Source: Psychrobacter sp. HD31 (GTDB lineage Bacteria > Pseudomonadota > Gammaproteobacteria > Pseudomonadales > Moraxellaceae). From it: a stretch of 32,000 nucleotides of DNA. Location of the stretch: positions 420,001 through 452,000 of the forward strand of contig NZ_CP142525.1 in the NCBI RefSeq assembly GCF_051097895.1. Direction: 5' to 3'. Every line of letters begins with the position of its first letter. Position 1 is the stretch's first letter. Below, piece by piece: positions 26,325 to 32,000 of the stretch. A program made the position numbers and the translations under genes. The notes beneath the pieces were generated by a model. That model saw only the letters and a program-made list of their open reading frames with translations, did no database searches and was not told where the DNA came from.

Positions 26325-27395
26325 ATGACAGAGCAAACGCCAACGACAAGCGAAGAAAACCAACCAAAACGTATTTTAACAGGCATCACCACCACAGGGA
26401 TTCCTCATTTAGGTAATTATGTGGGGGCAATTCGTCCGGCAATTGAGGCTGTTAATGATAACGATGAGGCTTTTTTCTTTTTAGCAGATTACCATGGGAT
26501 CATTAAATGTTTTGATCCGACACAGATCCATGCTTCTACTAAAGCAATAGCGGCGACTTGGATTGCTTGTGGCCTTGATCCTGAAAAAGTAACCTTTTAT
26601 CGTCAATCAGACATTCCAGAAATTCCTGAGCTTGCTTGGATTTTAAACTGCTCATGTGCCAAGGGTTTGATGAACCGTGCGCATGCTTATAAAGCATCTG
26701 TTGATGTGAATGCAGAAAAAGGTGACGTTGATCCAGACCACGGTATTACCATGGGTTTATTTGGCTATCCTGTATTAATGGCGGCAGATATCTTAATGTT
26801 TAATGCGTCGCATGTGCCTGTTGGTAAAGATCAAATACAACATATTGAAATGGCTCGTGATATAGCGGGTACGTTTAACTTTAAATATAAAGAGTTATTT
26901 ACTTTGCCAACCGCCGTGGTAGATGAAGACACGCCATTATTGACCGGATTAGATGGTCGGAAAATGAGTAAAAGTTATGGTAATACCATCCCGCTATTTG
27001 GCGATAACCCACAGGTAGATCAGCAAAAGCAATTGCGTAAAGCAATCATGCGTATTGTTACCAATTCTCAAGCGCCAGAAGAACCAAAAGACCCAGACAG
27101 CTGCAATATTTTTGAGATTTATAAAGCCTTTGCGACACCTGCAGAAATTGCCGAACTGCGCACTCGTTATGAGCAAGGTATCGGCTGGGGCGAGGCAAAA
27201 GAAATCCTCTTTCAAAAAATTGATGGTGAGATTGCACCATTCCGTGAGCGTTATAATGAGTTGATGGCAAATCCTAAAGAGTTAGAAGAAATTTTGCAAA
27301 TGGGTGCAAATAAAGCACGCCGACATAGCCGTAAACTGTTAGATAAATCACGCCGTGCAATTGGTATTAAGCCTTTAGCAAAGCTTAAGAAGTAA
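26325..27395 (+). CDS. trpS: Tryptophan--tRNA ligase
   Basis: Class I signatures: the HIGH-type region [12 protein letters not shown] and [20 protein letters not shown] is typical of TrpRS. Confidence 0.93.
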   Translation: MTEQTPTTSEENQPKRILTGITTTGIPHLGNYVGAIRPAIEAVNDNDEAFFFLADYHGIIKCFDPTQIHASTKAIAATWIACGLDPEKVTFYRQSDIPEIPELAWILNCSCAKGLMNRAHAYKASVDVNAEKGDVDPDHGITMGLFGYPVLMAADILMFNASHVPVGKDQIQHIEMARDIAGTFNFKYKELFTLPTAVVDEDTPLLTGLDGRKMSKSYGNTIPLFGDNPQVDQQKQLRKAIMRIVTNSQAPEEPKDPDSCNIFEIYKAFATPAEIAELRTRYEQGIGWGEAKEILFQKIDGEIAPFRERYNELMANPKELEEILQMGANKARRHSRKLLDKSRRAIGIKPLAKLKK

Positions 27396-27404
27396 GGTAA
27401 TCCG

Positions 27405-28217
27405 TTGGAACAATTAGCCTTACGTATTTTTGATACCCCGGTAGAAAACCTGCCGGATGATCTTTATATCCCGCCACAAGCATTTGCTATTTGGCTTGAG
27501 CAGTTTGAAGGTCCTCTCGATTTTTTGCTGTATTTGGTAAAAAAGAATAATTTTGATTTAACAGAAACCGCAATTTTGCCAATCACAGAGCAGTATCTTA
27601 GCTATATTAACGAGCTGGATGAAGATCATTTTGAACTGGCTGGTGATTACTTGCTGATGGCATCAACCTTGATTGCCATTAAGTCAGAATTGCTATTACC
27701 AGCACCAAATGTAGAAGATGATGAGAGAGATCCAAAAGCAGAATTGATTCAACGCCTAGAAGAATACGCGCAAATTAAGGATGCTGCTAAACGCCTAGAT
27801 GGATTAATCCGCCTAGAACGTGATGTATTTCTTGCCTTGGCGAGTATGCCTAATCCAGACGTGATGGCAAAAGAGTTGCCAAATTATCCAGCAACCATGT
27901 TGGTAGAGAGCTTACTAAAAATGCAAATTAAGCCAGATTATCAAATGCACACAGTCGCCATCGATTCTATACCCTTGCCTGATAGAATTGCCAGTATTAG
28001 CCGGCAGCTGAGTGAAAACGGAGAAGGTCAGTTTTATGAGTTGCTTGATCACTCGCAAGGTCGGGTAGGTGTGGTGGTTAGTTTTGTTGCGGTACTAGAA
28101 TTAATAAAACGTAATTTGATTGGATTTGTGGCTCATCAAAATAATATGGATGATGAGCAAAATGTTGAAGTAAATAACTTTAATGTTAATGAATTAACTT
28201 TGCAGTGGTTGCGATAA
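27405..28217 (+). CDS. scpA: Segregation and condensation protein A (ScpA kleisin)
   Basis: TTG start 10 nt after the trpS stop, with AAGG upstream. FEGPLDFLLYLVKKNNFDLTETAILPITEQYLSYI is the conserved ScpA N-terminal block. scpB follows. Confidence 0.88.
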   Translation: MEQLALRIFDTPVENLPDDLYIPPQAFAIWLEQFEGPLDFLLYLVKKNNFDLTETAILPITEQYLSYINELDEDHFELAGDYLLMASTLIAIKSELLLPAPNVEDDERDPKAELIQRLEEYAQIKDAAKRLDGLIRLERDVFLALASMPNPDVMAKELPNYPATMLVESLLKMQIKPDYQMHTVAIDSIPLPDRIASISRQLSENGEGQFYELLDHSQGRVGVVVSFVAVLELIKRNLIGFVAHQNNMDDEQNVEVNNFNVNELTLQWLR

Positions 28218-28235
28218 ATAAAAGCTGAATAAATA

Positions 28236-28862
28236 ATGACAACAGAAAACCTATTTAATCAAAATGATTTACAAGACGTTAATCTTGAAAGTTTGGATAA
28301 AGACAACCAAACTTCATCACGCTTAGCTCAATCACACGCTCAATACGAGCATATCAGTCGTCAAATTGAGGTGTTGTTACATGCCTCAGAATCACCAATG
28401 ACAGATAAGCAATTTAAAAAGCATCTTTCGCTTAGCAATGCTGAGTTAGAAGTCTCTTTAAACATCTTACAACAGCGGCTATCGCAAGGTGTTTTAACAC
28501 TTAATAAAACTGCCAGTGGTTACCGCTTGCAAGTGGCTGATCAATACAGCAAACTCATTCAGCAAGTATTTCCTCAGCGGTTAGAAAGCCTCAGCCAAGC
28601 CTTATTAGAGACTTTGAGCGTTATTGCCTATAAACAGCCTGTTACTCGGGGAGATATTGAGCAAATACGTGGGGTGACAGTATCTAGCAATATTTTACGG
28701 CAACTATTTGATAAGGGTTGGATTGTAGAAAAAGGATATCGAGAGAGCCTTGGTAGACCAGCATTATTACATACCACACCAGAGTTTTTAGATTCATTTG
28801 GGTTGGCAAATCTTAATGAATTACCGCCTTTACCAGAGTTAGAAAAGCTTGTGGATGTTTAG
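28236..28862 (+). CDS. scpB: Segregation and condensation protein B (ScpB)
   Basis: 208-aa ORF. LETLSVIAYKQPVTRGDIEQIRGV and GRPALLHTTPEFLDSFGL are ScpB winged-helix hallmarks. It follows scpA. Confidence 0.9.
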   Translation: MTTENLFNQNDLQDVNLESLDKDNQTSSRLAQSHAQYEHISRQIEVLLHASESPMTDKQFKKHLSLSNAELEVSLNILQQRLSQGVLTLNKTASGYRLQVADQYSKLIQQVFPQRLESLSQALLETLSVIAYKQPVTRGDIEQIRGVTVSSNILRQLFDKGWIVEKGYRESLGRPALLHTTPEFLDSFGLANLNELPPLPELEKLVDV

Positions 28863-29044
28863 ATGGTTAAAATCAAAGCTTTGGGTAAAACAGTAAAACA
28901 ACAGTCACTGTTTATTGCTTAAAAGTGCGTCAGGCAGGCGGTTATCTTACAATAAGTGATGATAACCTCTGCTAAGGTATGCAATCACAATATCAGTCAA
29001 TTATTAATTGCTAAACATAAGTAACAAACAATACGTAATATTTG

Positions 29045-29542
29045 TTAATGGTGCAATTTCATATTATCAAGTTTGTTGTCGGGAATGTTGAGCAATAAGC
29101 TAATGCGAGTTGATAATTGGCGTTGTATCATGGCATAACGATGTAACTCTTTTTGATATTCATCTTTATCTGTATCCAGACTATTATGAACATCTTGATT
29201 GTGTGGTTCATCAAAATGCCAGTGAGCCGTTAATGGTTTATCTTCCCATTCTGTAAATTCAGCGTCTTCGGTTGTATTTTGGCATAGGCTGATAACAATA
29301 TCCATGATAGGGGCATTGTCGCCATGAAAGGCTTGCATACTTTTTGGCTTTAACGATTGGGTATCAAACCCTTCTTTTTTTAAAACATCAATAGCCGCAG
29401 GGTGTGCCTCAAGGGCTGGCTGACTAGCCGCACTGTAAGCGTGGAACTTACCATGACTTAAATGGTTTAGCATGGCTTCAGCCATAAGACTACGTCCAGC
29501 ATTGTCATGGCACAAAAATAAAACATTATAACTTTTGCTCAT
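29045..29542 (-). CDS. Low-molecular-weight phosphatase / ArsC (thioredoxin-type) family protein with an incomplete cysteine relay
   Basis: P-loop LFLCHDNAGRS (C-x5-R-S), IVISLCQN, and HWHFDEP (compare HWGFDDP of S. aureus ArsC, from memory). It has only two cysteines (C11, C87). A C-terminal extension of about 30 aa is present. There are no ars genes nearby. Confidence 0.75.
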   Translation of the reverse strand: MSKSYNVLFLCHDNAGRSLMAEAMLNHLSHGKFHAYSAASQPALEAHPAAIDVLKKEGFDTQSLKPKSMQAFHGDNAPIMDIVISLCQNTTEDAEFTEWEDKPLTAHWHFDEPHNQDVHNSLDTDKDEYQKELHRYAMIQRQLSTRISLLLNIPDNKLDNMKLHH

Positions 29543-29748
29543 TAATACAACCTTATTTCTATTTTAAAAACATAGATTTAAAAACAGTGAGTAAACAATA
29601 AATTATAACATTATTTTTAATAAAATCTCGTACTAAACTCATGAATCGGCTCATATTGAAATCATAAAAAATGCAACTAAAGTATGCTAAGATATTTTGG
29701 CTTATTTAATTACTATCATAAAAACTAACATTAAAAAATGGCAACCTT

Positions 29749-31374
29749 GTGAGTGAAATTTTATCTATATCTAGTTTGTTAAATTCTTTGTCATTTCTAC
29801 ACTTTGCTGAGTGGGGGATTCTCCTCCATTTGGTGGTTGTCGTTGCGTTGATTATCCGCATATTATGGGTGCAAAAAAATACAGGTATTGCCATTGCTTG
29901 GCTAACAATTATGTTTGCTATCCCTGTTATTGGTGTCATTGGTTATATTTTGATTGGTGAGCCAACGATTGGCAGACGTTATCAACAGCGCAGTGAACGC
30001 ACTAAAAAGCTTTTACAGCAAATTCCTGCCAATAACCTTTTGCAAATTAATCCTCAAAAACAAGATACGCTTAACCCACTTATTGACCAAAAATATACTG
30101 GGCTAAGCCAGTTTGGCGAAACACGTACGGGTTTTGCTGCCAGTGCTGGGCATAAGCTACAGCTTTTAACAGATGTTGATGTGTTGTTTGATAAGCTGAT
30201 TGCAGATATTAACCACGCCAATCAATTGATATTGTTGGAATTTTATATTGTTTATCCTAAAGGGCGTGTTTTAGAGGTGTTTGAGGTACTAAAAGCTGCG
30301 GCAAAACGAGGGGTGGAATGTTATTTACTTGCCGATAGTGTTGGTAGTTTTGGTTTATTTTCAGGCAATACGGCAAAAAATCTGGAAGCAGCAGGGGTTG
30401 AAGTCCATCAGTCTATGCCTGTTGGCTTGTTTAAAACATTGTTTAAGCGCACGGATGTGCGTAATCATCGAAAAATTGTGGTTATTGATGATAGCATTGG
30501 CTATACAGGCAGCTTTAACCTTGTAGACCCTCGCTATTTTAAACAAGACAAAAACCTAGGGCAGTGGGTCGATGTTGCTATGCGTGTTAAAGCTTATCAG
30601 CAAAACAGTGTGGTGGCAGCCATGGCAGGTGTGATTGTTACGGATATAGGCGCAGAAAGCAGAACAAATTTTGCTACATTGCAAGAGCGCGTGAATAGCT
30701 ATACGCGCCGTTTAAATTTAACCAAGCCAGCAATTAATGATGTCAATAACAAAGCGAGTGTACTGGATACCCCAGATGATGACTATGATACGAGTGTGCA
30801 AGTACCAAATCAGCCAGCTGAATATAATGTGGTTGCGCAGCTCATTCCATCTGCACCGCAAATGACAGCCCATGTGATTTATAATACGCTCGTTAATGCC
30901 ATTCATAGAGCGGATAAAAAGATTTGTATTACCACCCCTTATTTTGTGCCAGATGAATCATTAATGGGCGCATTAACCACGGCATCAAGACGTGGGGTGG
31001 CTGTAACCTTAATCATACCTAAAAAAGTAGATTTCTTTTTTGTGCAGCATGCTTCACAAGCATTTTATCAAGAGCTGTTAGAAGCTGGCGTTACCATAGC
31101 CTTGTTTGATGCAGGGCTTTTGCACGCTAAAACAGTGGTGATTGATGACAGTTATTGCCTATTTGGTACGGTAAATATGGACATGCGCAGTTTTTATTTA
31201 AATATGGAGGTTAGCCTGGCGATATACTCTCCTAAAATGGTGGCTCATGTTGCCGAATGCCAACAAACTTATTTGCAATATTGTGAGATAATGTCTCTTG
31301 AATCTTGGCAAATAAGACCTCGTATATTACAAGTTTTTGATAATGGTATTCGCTTATTTAGTCCATTATTATAG
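29749..31374 (+). CDS. cls: Cardiolipin synthase (ClsA-type, two HKD/PLD domains)
   Basis: Two N-terminal TM helices. HKD motifs HRKIVVIDDSIGYTGSFN and HAKTVVIDDSYCLFGTVN, plus TTPYFVPD. The product ends in FSPLL as E. coli ClsA does. The GTG start has no obvious RBS, so the start is uncertain. Confidence 0.9.
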   Translation: MSEILSISSLLNSLSFLHFAEWGILLHLVVVVALIIRILWVQKNTGIAIAWLTIMFAIPVIGVIGYILIGEPTIGRRYQQRSERTKKLLQQIPANNLLQINPQKQDTLNPLIDQKYTGLSQFGETRTGFAASAGHKLQLLTDVDVLFDKLIADINHANQLILLEFYIVYPKGRVLEVFEVLKAAAKRGVECYLLADSVGSFGLFSGNTAKNLEAAGVEVHQSMPVGLFKTLFKRTDVRNHRKIVVIDDSIGYTGSFNLVDPRYFKQDKNLGQWVDVAMRVKAYQQNSVVAAMAGVIVTDIGAESRTNFATLQERVNSYTRRLNLTKPAINDVNNKASVLDTPDDDYDTSVQVPNQPAEYNVVAQLIPSAPQMTAHVIYNTLVNAIHRADKKICITTPYFVPDESLMGALTTASRRGVAVTLIIPKKVDFFFVQHASQAFYQELLEAGVTIALFDAGLLHAKTVVIDDSYCLFGTVNMDMRSFYLNMEVSLAIYSPKMVAHVAECQQTYLQYCEIMSLESWQIRPRILQVFDNGIRLFSPLL

Positions 31375-31437
31375 TGTTTTTTAGTTTTATTATTTTTCTT
31401 TGTTCTCTTATATATCAAATCGCCGTAGGATAGCTTC

Positions 31438-32000
31438 ATGATTAGCCGCCCACCTTTTTATTATCGTGTTGCCATCAAAAGTTTGGCACCGATTTATCGC
31501 CATATTGTTAAGCGCCGTTCTGGCAAAAATAGCAATTATGCCGATGAAGTGGCAGATAGATTTGGAATGCGTTATACAGGCAAATTAGACGTTAACGAAA
31601 CACCATTAGAAACGTCGTCTTCTGCCTTAAATGACCTATCAAAAACCCATGCTAGTAAAGCCTCTATCATTTGGTGTCATGCGGTCTCTTTAGGAGAAAC
31701 TAACACCATTGCGCCTGTTTTAAACCTATTAATGGCACAAGGCTATCGTATATGGTTGACCAACACCACCCAAACTGGTTATGCAAGGGCACAAAGGCTG
31801 TATGCCAATCAAATCAATGAAGGTAAGTTATTTCATAGTTATGTGCCTATTGATACGCCGCCAATCATTCGTAAATTTTTAAATTATGTCAACCCTTGCG
31901 CGGCGCTGTTTGTAGAAACCGAACTATGGGCTAATACGCTACATTTGCTCGCTGTAAAAGATATCCCTGCTATTTTGGTAAATGCACGTTTATCAGAAAA
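31438..32000 (+). CDS. waaA: 3-deoxy-D-manno-octulosonic acid (Kdo) transferase WaaA/KdtA, N-terminal part; continues past the window end
   Basis: Not in the ORF track because it is open-ended. From the ATG at 31438 it reads MISRPPFYYRVAIKSLAPIYRHIVKRR...IWCHAVSLGETNTIAPVL...YVPIDTPPIIRKFL...ALFVETELWAN...LVNARLSE. These are the hallmark WaaA blocks HAVS(L/V)GE, P(I/L)D, E-x-E-LWPN-like and NAR(L/M)S. Confidence 0.88.
   Translation, partial: MISRPPFYYRVAIKSLAPIYRHIVKRRSGKNSNYADEVADRFGMRYTGKLDVNETPLETSSSALNDLSKTHASKASIIWCHAVSLGETNTIAPVLNLLMAQGYRIWLTNTTQTGYARAQRLYANQINEGKLFHSYVPIDTPPIIRKFLNYVNPCAALFVETELWANTLHLLAVKDIPAILVNARLSE

Noticed and set aside
28863-28922. 19-codon ORF (MVKIKALGKTVKQQSLFIA) starting directly after the scpB stop (TAGATG).
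   Set aside because: It is too short, has no recognisable family, and overlaps a weak AT-rich hairpin (AAACAGT...ACTGTTT). It could be a remnant, but nothing resembles rluB or any other expected downstream gene.
28863-29044. 182-nt scpB/ArsC-like convergent intergenic region with a GGTTATC...GATAACC hairpin, considered as an sRNA or tRNA-like element.
   Set aside because: It has no tRNA cloverleaf features (no GTTCGAATC-type T-arm), no promoter-like element and no T-tract after the hairpin. It is probably just weak convergent termination signals.

Overview
This is an AT-rich gammaproteobacterial chromosome segment (by eye about 40% G+C, not computed). It holds about 40 tightly packed CDS. 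I found no rRNA or tRNA genes, no CRISPR array, and no transposase, integrase or phage genes. Nearly everything is core housekeeping: rsgA (partial) and orn, a QueD-like PTPS protein, the tsaE-mutL-miaA-hfq string, the LPS cluster kdsD-kdsC-lptC-lptA-lptB, radA, the cell-wall pair rodA-rlpA, ftsY, hemB, infA, ubiH-ubiI, three small-solute exporters (LysO, MarC, LysE/ArgO), slyX, uup, lpxL, trpS-scpA-scpB, an ArsC-like LMW phosphatase, cls and the 5-prime part of waaA. The Hfq has a long Gly/Phe/Gln/Arg-rich C-terminal tail. Together with the IF-1 sequence and the gene order, this suggests Moraxellaceae (the Moraxella/Psychrobacter/Acinetobacter group), but that is inference only. I do not see a convincing new multi-gene system such as a defence, toxin-antitoxin, secretion or biosynthetic cluster. 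Four things deserve a second look. (1) mutL ends about 100 codons short of normal, has no recognisable C-terminal dimerisation/endonuclease domain, and miaA starts 10 nt later. (2) A lineage-specific two-gene envelope module lies divergent from rodA: an M15-family peptidoglycan peptidase with a histidine-rich tract, followed by a lipoprotein whose C-terminal domain looks PliG-like. (3) A perfect 5-copy heptanucleotide repeat abuts the radA stop codon. (4) About 170 nt of untranslated sequence separates the hfq stop from a strong terminator. I revised ORF-track starts inward for kdsC, lptA, lptB, rlpA, ftsY, hemB and the MarC gene, using RBS position, family length or terminator position. All similarity statements come from reading the translations and from memory of the families. 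No database search was run.
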